A stretch of DNA of 64,000 bases from Rhodoblastus sp. (GCA_039808645.1 JBDHTL010000002.1:1516-65515), one strand, 5' to 3'; counted from the first letter of the stretch, positions 55,664 through 64,000 are shown. Notes: generated by a model from the sequence alone, not told the origin. Made by a program: numbers and translations.

Positions 55664-57325
55664 TCAGGGCGCGATCTTGCGTTTCAGCATGTGCGCGAGC
55701 GGTTGCGGCATTTTCTCGAGCGAGCCCAGTATGTGCGGAAGCAGCTTCAGCTTGAGGCCCGCGAGCGTTGGCGGCACGACGGCCTCGATCAGATGCGGAC
55801 CGGGCGTCGCCAGCGCGCGTTGCAGGGCGCGCGTGAAATCGTCTGGACTTGTCGCGCGCACGGCCGGCACGCCCATGCCTTCGGCGATCTGCGTGAAATT
55901 CATGACCGGTCGCGTCAGATCGAGCTGCGCTCTCGCCTTCGGGCCGATCGCGTCGGCGCCCACGCGCTCGAGTTCGACGTTGAGCACGGAATAGGACGCG
56001 TTGTTGAAGATGACGGCCGTGACGTCGAGCCTCTCGCGCGCCATCGTCCACAGGGACTGGATCGTGTACATCGAACTGCCGTCGCCGATCAGCGCCAGCA
56101 CCGGCCGTTCGGGGCAGGCGATGGCCGCGCCGATCGCGTTCGGCAATCCCTGCCCGATGGCGCCGCCCGTCAGCGTCAGGAGATCGTGGCGCGGCGCGCC
56201 GGCGGTGTATTTCGCCAGCATCAGCCCGGACGTGATCGCCTCGTCCACGAGGATGGCGTTTTCAGGCAGAAGATGGCCGACCGCCTTGCACACTTTCTCC
56301 GCCGTCAGCTTCTTTCCGCGCGGGGCCGCGGGGCGGAATGCCGGCGCCGGCGCAGGCGCGGCATTGTCCGCGCCGAGCGCCACGGCGAGTTTCTTCAGGC
56401 TTGCAGGAGCGTCCTGCGCGGACGACGACAGTTCGAGCACCGTGCAGGCGTCGGGCGCGAGATAGCTCTTCTTGCCGGGATAGGCGAAGAACGAGACGGG
56501 CGCCTTGGCGTCGACCAGCACCAGCCGGTCGAAGCTCTTCAATTGCACCGACGCCATTTCCGCGAGATAGGCGAGGCGCTCGACGGCCTGCAGGCCGGCG
56601 CCGCGCTCCATGCGCGCGGGAAAGGTCTCGGAGAACAGCTTCACCCCGCTGTGGGCGGCGATGCGCGCGGCGATCTGCAGGGCGCTCTCGCGCAATGCGC
56701 CGCCGCCGAGCAGGATGGCGGTGCGGCCGCCGGACCGGATTGCGTCCGCTGCCGCCTGGACGGCCTCGTCGGCTGCGGGCGGCGCCCGCTCGACGCGGGG
56801 CGCCGGCTCGACGACGCCGCCTTCCCCCCACGAGACATCGGCGGGCAGTATCAGCGTCGCGACCTGGCCGGGCGGTCCCTTGGCCGCCTGCACGGCCTCC
56901 ACCGCATCGCGGCCGAGTTCGGCCGTGCTTGCGGACGTGCGCACGAAGCCGGGCGACACATTGCGCGCGACCGTCTCGATGTCCGACTGCAATTGCGCGT
57001 CGTACTGGACGTGATAGGTCGCATGATCGCCGACGATGTTGACCACGGGGACCTTGCCCTTGCGCGCGTTGTGCAGGTTGGCGAGGCCGTTGCCCAGGCC
57101 GCAGCCCAGATGCAGCAGGACCGCGGCCGGCTTGCCGGCCATGCGCGCATAGCCGTCCGCCGCGCCGGTCGCCACGCCCTCGAAGAGGCAGAGAACCGCG
57201 CGCATGCCGGGCGCGGAATCCAGCGCCGCGACGAAATGCATCTCGGACGTGCCGGGGTTGGTGAAACAAACCTCGACGCCGGCGTTGACGAGGGTCTGCA
57301 TCAGGGCTTGCGCGCCGTTTGGCAT
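55664..57325 (-). CDS. Thiamine-diphosphate-dependent enzyme (acetolactate synthase large-subunit-like)
   Basis: VCFTNPGTSEMHFVAAL, GYARMAGKPAAVLLHLGCGLGNG, and GDGSSMYTIQSLWT...NN. Confidence 0.9.
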   Translation of the reverse strand: MPNGAQALMQTLVNAGVEVCFTNPGTSEMHFVAALDSAPGMRAVLCLFEGVATGAADGYARMAGKPAAVLLHLGCGLGNGLANLHNARKGKVPVVNIVGDHATYHVQYDAQLQSDIETVARNVSPGFVRTSASTAELGRDAVEAVQAAKGPPGQVATLILPADVSWGEGGVVEPAPRVERAPPAADEAVQAAADAIRSGGRTAILLGGGALRESALQIAARIAAHSGVKLFSETFPARMERGAGLQAVERLAYLAEMASVQLKSFDRLVLVDAKAPVSFFAYPGKKSYLAPDACTVLELSSSAQDAPASLKKLAVALGADNAAPAPAPAFRPAAPRGKKLTAEKVCKAVGHLLPENAILVDEAITSGLMLAKYTAGAPRHDLLTLTGGAIGQGLPNAIGAAIACPERPVLALIGDGSSMYTIQSLWTMARERLDVTAVIFNNASYSVLNVELERVGADAIGPKARAQLDLTRPVMNFTQIAEGMGVPAVRATSPDDFTRALQRALATPGPHLIEAVVPPTLAGLKLKLLPHILGSLEKMPQPLAHMLKRKIAP

Positions 57326-57474
57326 GTCGGGCCTGCGTCATGATGAGCGGCGAGGCCGTCGCGAACAGGGCCGCCCGACACTGTCTCCGCAGCGTGCGCA
57401 AGGCGTTTTCCCGAAGCGTGAAGGCCGTCTCCCCTCGGCTTTCCGTCGCGGCCGTTCGTCACTAGAGTAGCCGC

Positions 57475-58104
57475 ATGGCAACTACTATCATTCATGATAA
57501 TAAGCTGCAAGAGCGCAGAAGGCGGGTTCGCCGCACGCCGGAGGAGGCGCGCCGGGCGCTGCTGGAGGCCGCGCAGGCGCTGCTGGTCGAGCAGGGACCG
57601 GCGGCGGTGACGCTGAAGGCGGTCGCCCGCCACATCGGCGTGACGCACGGCAATGTCTCGCATCATTTCGGAACGAGTTCCGCGCTGCACGCCGAACTGG
57701 TCGCGAAGCTCGCGCGGCAATTGGCGGAGCGCGTGGAAGAATCGGTGCTTCGCCTGCGCAAGGACGAGGCGACCGCCGAGCAGATCGTCGACATGCTGTT
57801 CGATGCGTTCAAGGCGAGCGGCCTCGGCAAGCTGTTCGGGTGGATCGCGGCCAGCGGCGCCACGGAGGAGCTCAAGCCCATCATGAATGTCGTGCGCGAC
57901 AGCGTCCGCACGCTGCGCGCGGGCGAACCGGCCGGCGTCGACGCGCATGCGTTCGGCGCGGGACCGATCGTGCTGAGCCTGGTCAGCTACGCGCTGACGG
58001 CGTCCTTGATCGGCGAGCCGCTGGAGCAGGCGACGGGCATGCCGCAGGCGAGCCTGAAACGTCTCGCCGCGGACGAGTTGCGGCAGTTGCGCGCCCGCGC
58101 ATGA
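57475..58104 (+). CDS. TetR-family transcriptional regulator
   Basis: HTH GPAAVTLKAVARHIGVTHGNVSHHFGTSSALH. Codons 2-9 are unusually AT-rich and contain the dyad TATCAT-tc-ATGATA (57486-57499). Confidence 0.85.
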   Translation: MATTIIHDNKLQERRRRVRRTPEEARRALLEAAQALLVEQGPAAVTLKAVARHIGVTHGNVSHHFGTSSALHAELVAKLARQLAERVEESVLRLRKDEATAEQIVDMLFDAFKASGLGKLFGWIAASGATEELKPIMNVVRDSVRTLRAGEPAGVDAHAFGAGPIVLSLVSYALTASLIGEPLEQATGMPQASLKRLAADELRQLRARA

Positions 58105-58328
58105 GAGTCGGCGCCGGGATCGCGGCCGGGCCGTACCGTAGGCCGGCCTGCGCGAGAAATGCCTCGTAAGGCTGCGAAAGCTTCCGGGTCGCCTTGCGAA
58201 GGGCCGCACAACGGCAGCACGCCACAACGCGCTGCCAGCCAGCCGGGGCATACGAGTCGTCGCTCGTGTCCGCACTGCTGCGCCTTGCTTCATCATGCAC
58301 GTGGAGACCTTCTCAAGGCGCATGCTCC

Positions 58329-58360
58329 TTGACAGATAAGTTAGTGAATACTAACTATCT
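58329..58360 (+). promoter_or_regulatory. Candidate sigma-70-type promoter (TTGACA at 58329-58334) overlapped by the dyad AGATAAGTTAGT/ACTAACTATCT; probable TetR operator
   Basis: An AT-rich island in GC-rich DNA about 30-60 nt upstream of the TetR gene start 58389. The arms are 58334-58345 and 58350-58360 and are complementary apart from one extra A. The -10 element is weak (aactat). Confidence 0.45.
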
Positions 58361-58388
58361 GACTTCGAGGGATTGGTCCGCCGACGTC

Positions 58389-59006
58389 ATGTCGAAAGCA
58401 GCGAAACGAACGCGATTGCCGGCGCCGGCGCGCAGGTCCGAAATCGTGGGCTGCGCGCTGAGGCTGGCGGACAAGGTCGGTCCTGATCGGCTCACCACAG
58501 ACATGATTGCGCGGGAGATCGGGATCACGCAGCCGGCGATCTTTCGTCACTTCGCGAGGAAAGAGGAAATCTGGAACGCCGTCGGCGTGCGTCTCGGCGA
58601 AAAGTTCGCCGCCGCCTGGCAAGCTGCTTCGGCGGACGAGAGGCCGCCTGCGGACGCAATCAAGGCGCTCGCGCTGGCGCAAATCGGCGCCATCCGTTCG
58701 ACGCCGGGGCTGATCGGCGTTCTCTTCTCGCGCCAATTGCACGTCGACAACAAAGCGTTGCGCTCCGCGATCAACAGCAGCCAGCGGGCGTTTCATGCAC
58801 TGCTCTCGGACGCGTTCCGGACAGGTGTGGCGAGCGGCGAATTCAGACCGGACCTCGAGCCCTCCGATGCGGCCTTTCTCGTCATCAGCGTCGTCCAGAG
58901 TCTCGCGCTGCGCTGGTCGCTCGCGGGAAAGTCTTTCGACCTGGCCTCCGAGGCGGCGCGGCTTCTAGACGCCCAGATCGTTGGCTTCCGCTCTCAGGGA
59001 AGGTGA
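58389..59006 (+). CDS. TetR-family transcriptional regulator
   Basis: HTH GPDRLTTDMIAREIGITQPAIFRHFARKEEIW. Start ATG 58389. The track's upstream extension spans the promoter island. Confidence 0.85.
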   Translation: MSKAAKRTRLPAPARRSEIVGCALRLADKVGPDRLTTDMIAREIGITQPAIFRHFARKEEIWNAVGVRLGEKFAAAWQAASADERPPADAIKALALAQIGAIRSTPGLIGVLFSRQLHVDNKALRSAINSSQRAFHALLSDAFRTGVASGEFRPDLEPSDAAFLVISVVQSLALRWSLAGKSFDLASEAARLLDAQIVGFRSQGR

Positions 59007-59007
59007 A

Positions 59008-60156
59008 ATGCGCGGAAAACTCGCCGTTGTCGCAATTCTCGCTTTCGCTGCGGCCGCAATCGCCGGCGCCGCCCATTTCGTCCGCAGCAGGCCGCTGGCG
59101 CTCAGGGTCGCGCAACCGGAGGAGAACGTGCCAATCCGCGTGTTCGGGCTCGGCACGGTCGAGGCGCGGGTCATCTCCAAGGCGAGTTTCGATGTCGGCG
59201 CGACGATCGTCGAACTCGCCGCCGACCACGGCGATCGCGTGAAGAAGGGCGATGTGCTCGCGAGGCTCGTCTCGACGGAGCAGGAGGCCAAGGTCGCACG
59301 CGCCAAAGCCGCCTCGCGGAGCGCGGAAGCGGCGATCCTGAAGGCGCGGACAAACGTCGAGAAGGCGCGCGCCGTCCTGGGGCAGCGGCGGGAAGCCAAT
59401 CGCCGAAAGCAGGCGCTCGTCGGCCGCAGCGTCGTTTCCGAACAGACGGCTGAAGAGGCGCAGCGCGACGAAGAGGTCGCCAGGGCCGATCTCGCTGTCG
59501 CCGAAAGCGACGTCGAGGTTGCGAAGGCGCAATTCGCCGACGCCTCCGCGCAATACGATTATGAGCGAACGATCCTGTCGCGACATGTTCTTGCCGCGCC
59601 CTTCGACGCCATCGTCGTCGATCGGTTGCGCGAACTCGGAACGGTGATCAAGGCGGGCGATCCCGTGTTCACGCTCATGGAGAACGGCGCGGGCTGGGTG
59701 CTCGCGTATGTCGACGAATCCCGAGCCGGGCCGATTGCGCTCGGCCAGCGCGCCGAAGTTCGCCTGCGGTCGCGCCCGAAGGAATCCTTCGTCGCCAAGG
59801 TCGTCCGCATCGGCATCGAAAGCGACCGCGTCAGCGAGGAGCGGCGCGTGTACGTCAAATGCGAACGCTGTCCCGAGAGCTTCCATCTCGGCGAGCAGGC
59901 GGAGGTTCTGATCGATGTCACGACGCTTCCAAGCGCCCTGATGGTTCCGGAAACGGCAGTCCAAGGCTTCGACGGTCGCAAGGGCGCCGTCTGGTCGATC
60001 GTGAATGGCAGGCTGGAGCGGCGGCGCGTGGATTTCGACCACCGGACCGACGATGCGCGCCTCGAATATGCGGGAGGTCTTCCGGAGGGCGCGCAGATCG
60101 TCGTCGAACCCGTGCCGGAGGGTTCGGAAGGTCGCGCCGCGGAGCCGCGCCGATGA
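59008..60156 (+). CDS. HlyD-family periplasmic adaptor (membrane fusion protein)
   Basis: N-terminal TM segment, then a coiled-coil stretch (EQEAKVARAKAASRSAEAAILKARTNVEKARA...) and beta-barrel-like regions. ATG 59008 is 2 nt after the TetR stop. Confidence 0.85.
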   Translation: MRGKLAVVAILAFAAAAIAGAAHFVRSRPLALRVAQPEENVPIRVFGLGTVEARVISKASFDVGATIVELAADHGDRVKKGDVLARLVSTEQEAKVARAKAASRSAEAAILKARTNVEKARAVLGQRREANRRKQALVGRSVVSEQTAEEAQRDEEVARADLAVAESDVEVAKAQFADASAQYDYERTILSRHVLAAPFDAIVVDRLRELGTVIKAGDPVFTLMENGAGWVLAYVDESRAGPIALGQRAEVRLRSRPKESFVAKVVRIGIESDRVSEERRVYVKCERCPESFHLGEQAEVLIDVTTLPSALMVPETAVQGFDGRKGAVWSIVNGRLERRRVDFDHRTDDARLEYAGGLPEGAQIVVEPVPEGSEGRAAEPRR

Positions 60157-61286
60157 ACCTCGCCTATCGCGACGTCCGCCACAATCTCGGCCGGTTCCTG
60201 CTCACATGTCTCGGCCTCGGCCTGTTGCTCGGCGTCGTGCTCGCCATGATCGGCATCTACCGTGGCCTGGTGGCCGACGCGCTGACGCTCGTCCAGAGTC
60301 TCGACGCTGACGTGTGGGTCGTCGAGAAGGGCACGCAAGGCCCCTTTGCCGAAGCCTCGCGCATTCCGGGCGACACGCGCGAAGCGATAACGCGCCTCGC
60401 AGGCGTCGCCAGCGCCGGCAGCGTTACCTTCCAGACCGTCGAGGCGACCGGCCCGGCTAGCAAGACGCGAATGACCGTCGTCGGCTACGAACCTGACCGC
60501 CCAGGCGGTCCGACTCGTATCGTCTCCGGAAGAGGCGTGGGGCGAAGCCACTATGAAATGGTGGTGGACGAAGGGACGGGGCTCAAGCTCGAAGACCGTA
60601 TCCGGCTCGGCCGCAACACGTTCCGCATCGTCGGTCTCACCAGAAGCCAGGTCGCGTCGGGCGGCGATCCGGTCGGCTGGATGACGTTGCTCGATTCCCA
60701 GCGATTGCAGTTCGATCTCGCGCCGTCGGCCGCCCGCGTGCAGGTCGCTCGCGGCGCAGGCGCAGCCAACCGCGACATCGTGAACGCCGTGATCGCGCGC
60801 CTCGGCCCGGGCGGCTCGGCCGAGTCGGTGGCCGAGGCGGCGCGACGCTGGAAGCACTTGTCCGCCATGACGCAGAGCGAGCAGGAAACGATCCTCACGC
60901 GGTCGGTCGTGGACCGCGCCCGGCGGCAGATCGGCATGTTTACCACGATCCTGCTCGTTGTTTCGGCGGTGATCATCGCGCTCATCATCTACACGATGAC
61001 AATGGAGAAACTGAAGCAGATAGCCACTCTCAAGCTGATCGGCGCTCCGGATCGCACGATCGTCGCGATGATCGTGCAGCAGGCTTTGGCGCTCGGGCTG
61101 GTCGGCTTTCTCGCCGGCGCGGCGCTGATCGTCGCGGTCAAGGACGTGTTTCCGCGTCGGGTCGTGTTGGAGGCCGACAACTTTCTGGCGCTGGCCGCAA
61201 TCGTGACCGTCGTCTGTATCATCGCCAGTGCGCTCGGCGTGCGCGCCGCGCTGAGAGTCGATCCCGCAACCGCGCTCGGAGGTTGA
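60153..61286 (+). CDS. ABC exporter permease, FtsX/MacB (DevC-like) type
   Basis: TM1, then a ~240-aa periplasmic domain, then three C-terminal TMs (FtsX fold). ATGA overlap upstream. Confidence 0.85.
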   Translation: MNLAYRDVRHNLGRFLLTCLGLGLLLGVVLAMIGIYRGLVADALTLVQSLDADVWVVEKGTQGPFAEASRIPGDTREAITRLAGVASAGSVTFQTVEATGPASKTRMTVVGYEPDRPGGPTRIVSGRGVGRSHYEMVVDEGTGLKLEDRIRLGRNTFRIVGLTRSQVASGGDPVGWMTLLDSQRLQFDLAPSAARVQVARGAGAANRDIVNAVIARLGPGGSAESVAEAARRWKHLSAMTQSEQETILTRSVVDRARRQIGMFTTILLVVSAVIIALIIYTMTMEKLKQIATLKLIGAPDRTIVAMIVQQALALGLVGFLAGAALIVAVKDVFPRRVVLEADNFLALAAIVTVVCIIASALGVRAALRVDPATALGG

Positions 61287-61287
61287 G

Positions 61288-61992
61288 ATGAACGCGCCGA
61301 TCATCGAACTGCGCGACGTCTCGAAACACTTCGGCGAGGGCGACGCGCGGGTCGATGCGTTGCGCCACGTATCGCTGACGGTGATGCCCGGCGAGGTGGT
61401 TGCGCTGCTCGGACCCTCCGGCTCAGGCAAGACGACGCTGCTCAACATCATCGGCTGCATCGTCGAGCCCGCGAGCGGCTGGGTGAAGCTCGATGACGAG
61501 GTCATCTACGACGGCCGAATGCGACGTTCGGACCTGCGTCGGCTGAGACTCGAGAAGATCGGCTTCATCTTCCAGTTTCACAATCTCCTGCCTTTTCTCG
61601 ACGCGACCGACAACGTCGCCGTCGCGATGGAGCTCGCGGGCAAGAGCGACCGCGAGGCGCGCCGCGTGGCCGGCGAGCTTCTCGAATATCTCGAGGTCGG
61701 TCATCGCCGCTCCGCCTTGCCGGCAAAACTGTCGGGGGGCGAGGCGCAACGCGTCGCCATCGCGCGCGCGCTCGCCAACCGGCCGCGGATCATTCTCGCC
61801 GACGAGCCGACGGCGGCGCTGGATTCCAAGCGCGCCGGCATTGTCATGGACTTGCTGCGCAAACTCGCCGCAGAGCAGCAGACGGCGATCGTCGTGGTCA
61901 CGCACGACGAAAAGATATTCGATCGATTCGACCGTATCCATCATCTGCGCGATGGGCTGATAGAGCAGGCGGAGCAGATCGTGGATACATGA
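61288..61992 (+). CDS. ABC exporter ATP-binding protein (MacB/LolD/DevA-like)
   Basis: GPSGSGKTT, LSGGEAQRVAIARAL, ILADEPTAALD. Confidence 0.9.
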   Translation: MNAPIIELRDVSKHFGEGDARVDALRHVSLTVMPGEVVALLGPSGSGKTTLLNIIGCIVEPASGWVKLDDEVIYDGRMRRSDLRRLRLEKIGFIFQFHNLLPFLDATDNVAVAMELAGKSDREARRVAGELLEYLEVGHRRSALPAKLSGGEAQRVAIARALANRPRIILADEPTAALDSKRAGIVMDLLRKLAAEQQTAIVVVTHDEKIFDRFDRIHHLRDGLIEQAEQIVDT

Positions 61993-62190
61993 GGTCGGCA
62001 GGGGCGCTGTGTTACGATCTTGCATCGCGATCGAGGAGCGTCGGCCTCCCCGCCTGCGAAACGATAGATCCGGCTATCCGGTCGCGCATGAACGCAGACC
62101 CGCGTTTCGCATAGAATAACGGGGCGCTCGGCCTGTCGTCGGGCCCGGCCTTGAGCCCGAACCGGAGCCCGGGCGGAAGGATCGCATTTC

Positions 62191-62586
62191 ATGAACGAGG
62201 CAAGACATCGTCGACCCCGTTGGGTCGCTCCGGCGGCGATAGCCGCGATTGCTTTCGGCGTCGTGACTGTCGTCGTCGGCGGGAAAACCTTGTTTGGAAC
62301 GCCTGCCGATCGAGCCGCGGCCGGAAACATCGTTCCGTTCGTGCTTTGGTTCAATTTCATTGCCGGTTTCGCCTACATGGCCGCGGGCGTCGGGATGCTC
62401 ACATGGAGAGCGTGGGCCGCAGCCCTGTCGGCATTGATCGCCATCGCGACGTCGGGCGTATTCATCGCGCTGGGGGCCTACATTGCCCTCGGCGGCCCGT
62501 TCGAAGCGCGAACCGTCGCCGCCATGACGGTTCGCAGCATCGTATGGATCGGCCTCGCGGTAGCGCTCCGCCGCGCCAGCATTTGA
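62191..62586 (+). CDS. Hypothetical integral membrane protein (131 aa, about 4 TM)
   Basis: Four hydrophobic segments (AAIAAIAFGVVTVVVGG, VPFVLWFNFIAGFAYMAAGVGML, AAALSALIAIATSGVFIALGAYIAL, IVWIGLAVAL). I recognise no family. Confidence 0.55.
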   Translation: MNEARHRRPRWVAPAAIAAIAFGVVTVVVGGKTLFGTPADRAAAGNIVPFVLWFNFIAGFAYMAAGVGMLTWRAWAAALSALIAIATSGVFIALGAYIALGGPFEARTVAAMTVRSIVWIGLAVALRRASI

Positions 62587-62693
62587 AGCCAAACGCTTGC
62601 CCTTGAACGAGGCGCCTGCGTCCGGAGCCGCTGATCGGCCTCGTCAATACCCAGCGGACATTTCCGACGCTTCCAGGACGATCGGGATGGGGA

Positions 62694-62930
62694 CTATGCC
62701 GCCAGCCACTTCGCCATGTCCTCCGGCTTCGGCAGGCCTCCGGCATGAACGACCGTGCCGTCGATCACGACGGCCGGCGTCGAGACGATCCCGAATTTCG
62801 CGATTGCCGCGAAGTCCGTAACCTTTTCCAGTTGGATGTCGATACCGAGTTTCTTCGCTTCGGCTGCGGCCATGTCGGCCGTCGCAATGCAACGTTTGCA
62901 GCCGGAGCCGAGAATTTTCACGTTCCTCAT
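62694..62930 (-). CDS. Thioredoxin-fold small protein (redox-active disulfide protein 2 type)
   Basis: 78 aa. MRNVKILGSGCKRCIATADM carries the CxxC motif. STPAVVIDG is typical of this family. It lies directly downstream of the permease gene. Confidence 0.85.
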   Translation of the reverse strand: MRNVKILGSGCKRCIATADMAAAEAKKLGIDIQLEKVTDFAAIAKFGIVSTPAVVIDGTVVHAGGLPKPEDMAKWLAA

Positions 62931-62942
62931 GGTCTCGACCTC

Positions 62943-63998
62943 TTAAGAGAACAGGGCGTTGAACAGGTAGCCGACCGCGACGATGCCGGTCGCGACCACG
63001 CCGACGAAGACGGCGATCAGGCGCAGCGTCAGCACCTTGCGCAGGATGACCATTTCAGGAAACGACAGCGCGATCACGCTCATCATGAAGGCGAGCACTG
63101 TACCAAGCGCCGCGCCCTTTCCGAGCAGGGCCTCGACGACGGGGACGATGCCGGCGGCGTTGGAGTACATCGGCACGCCGATCAGCACGACGGCCGGGAC
63201 CGACCACCATTGGCCCTTGCCCATGATCGAGGCGAGCAAATCGTTCGGCACATAGCCGTGAATGAATGCGCCGGCGGCGATGCCGACGATGATCCACAGC
63301 CACACCCGGCCGACTATGTCGCGCACGGCTTCGAGGCCCGCATGAATGCGATCCACGACGGTCCGATGGTCGAGCGGCAGGTCGGCGTCGCCGGCGCGCA
63401 CGTTGCGCACCCATTCTTCGAGCCAGCCGTCCAGACGCAGCCGGCCGATGATCCAGCCCGAGACAATCGAGAGCGCCAGTCCGAAGCCGAGATAGACCGC
63501 CGCGACTTTCCAGCCGACGAGCGCGAACAGCAGGCCGAGCGCCACTTCATTGACCATCGGCGCGGAGATCAGAAACGAGAAGGTGACGCCGAGCGGCACG
63601 CCGGCCGACACGAAGCCGACGAACAGCGGCACGGCCGAGCAGGAGCAGAACGGCGTGAACACGCCGAGGATGGCGGCGACGACGTTGCCCAGGCCTTCGC
63701 GCTTGCCGGCGAGCAGCGCGCGCGTCCGCTCCGGCGAAAAGAAGCTGCGCACGACGCCCATGCCGAACACGACCAGCGTCAACAGCATCAGGACTTTCGG
63801 AGCGTCGAAAACGAAGAAGCGGACGGCTTCTGCGATGTGGCTGCCGGGCGCGACGGGCAGCAACGAGACGAGCCAAGTCGAAAAGGCTTCGAGCCGCCAA
63901 TAGATCGCGAACCAGACGCCGATCCCCGCGACCGTTGCGGCAACCCACGTCGCCGGCGCGGCCGCGCGCTCGGGACGTGTGGAAAGCCCGACGTTCAT
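62943..63998 (-). CDS. Permease of the DUF318 / ArsP-like family
   Basis: Multi-TM, with the family-typical TPFCSCSAVPLFVGF motif. 351 aa. Confidence 0.85.
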   Translation of the reverse strand: MNVGLSTRPERAAAPATWVAATVAGIGVWFAIYWRLEAFSTWLVSLLPVAPGSHIAEAVRFFVFDAPKVLMLLTLVVFGMGVVRSFFSPERTRALLAGKREGLGNVVAAILGVFTPFCSCSAVPLFVGFVSAGVPLGVTFSFLISAPMVNEVALGLLFALVGWKVAAVYLGFGLALSIVSGWIIGRLRLDGWLEEWVRNVRAGDADLPLDHRTVVDRIHAGLEAVRDIVGRVWLWIIVGIAAGAFIHGYVPNDLLASIMGKGQWWSVPAVVLIGVPMYSNAAGIVPVVEALLGKGAALGTVLAFMMSVIALSFPEMVILRKVLTLRLIAVFVGVVATGIVAVGYLFNALFS

Positions 63999-64000
63999 GC

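Noticed and set aside
58194-58388. 65-codon N-terminal extension of the second TetR gene, and the overlapping minus ORF 57983-58300
   Set aside because: The extension spans the AT-rich TTGACA/dyad promoter island and has no HTH-related sequence. The minus ORF would overlap the first TetR gene by about 120 nt and is compositionally non-protein-like.
1-64000. Search for CRISPR arrays, tRNA/rRNA genes, transposases, integrases, toxin-antitoxin pairs, restriction or other defence genes
   Set aside because: I found no spaced direct-repeat arrays, no cloverleaf-like or rRNA-like segments in any intergenic gap, and no ORF with transposase, integrase, nuclease or defence motifs. Every sizeable ORF with a believable composition maps to transport, metabolism or regulation.

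Overview
This is a very GC-rich (about two-thirds G+C), gene-dense window. It looks like an alphaproteobacterial (Rhizobiales/Bradyrhizobiaceae-like) catabolic region. I saw no rRNA, tRNA, CRISPR array, transposase, integrase or phage genes. About 60 CDS can be supported. They form back-to-back substrate-uptake and oxidation modules, each with its own regulator (3 GntR/LysR-type and 5 TetR-type).

Modules, left to right:
- (1) BKACE + 3-hydroxyacyl-CoA-dehydrogenase-like enzymes with a HAAT (Liv-type) ABC importer.
- (2) A peroxisome-like D-specific beta-oxidation set (SCPx-type thiolase, split hydratase-2, MFE-2-like SDR, acyl-CoA ligase), followed by an orphan binding protein and two more ligases.
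- (3) A GntR / cupin dioxygenase / SDR / NitT-TauT-type ABC operon carrying an extra small membrane ORF.
- (4) A CoxSML-like molybdenum hydroxylase co-oriented with a complete HAAT importer.
- (5) A 16-kb, 13-gene translationally coupled operon under a divergent LysR. It holds an ALDH, a TPP enzyme, a HAAT importer, a TIM-barrel isomerase, two epimerase-family SDRs, a cupin, an SDR, a KstD-like flavoprotein and TcuA/TcuB. This is my best candidate for an undescribed pathway.
- (6) A TPP enzyme + two flavoprotein dehydrogenases.
- (7) A TetR-controlled HlyD/FtsX/ABC exporter.
- (8) A thioredoxin-like protein + ArsP/DUF318-type permease.

All family calls rest on motif recognition in the translated ORFs, gene order, start-codon/RBS inspection and hand-found palindromes. 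No database search was run. Many long Arg/Ala-rich ORFs in the track are off-frame or antisense artefacts of the high GC content.
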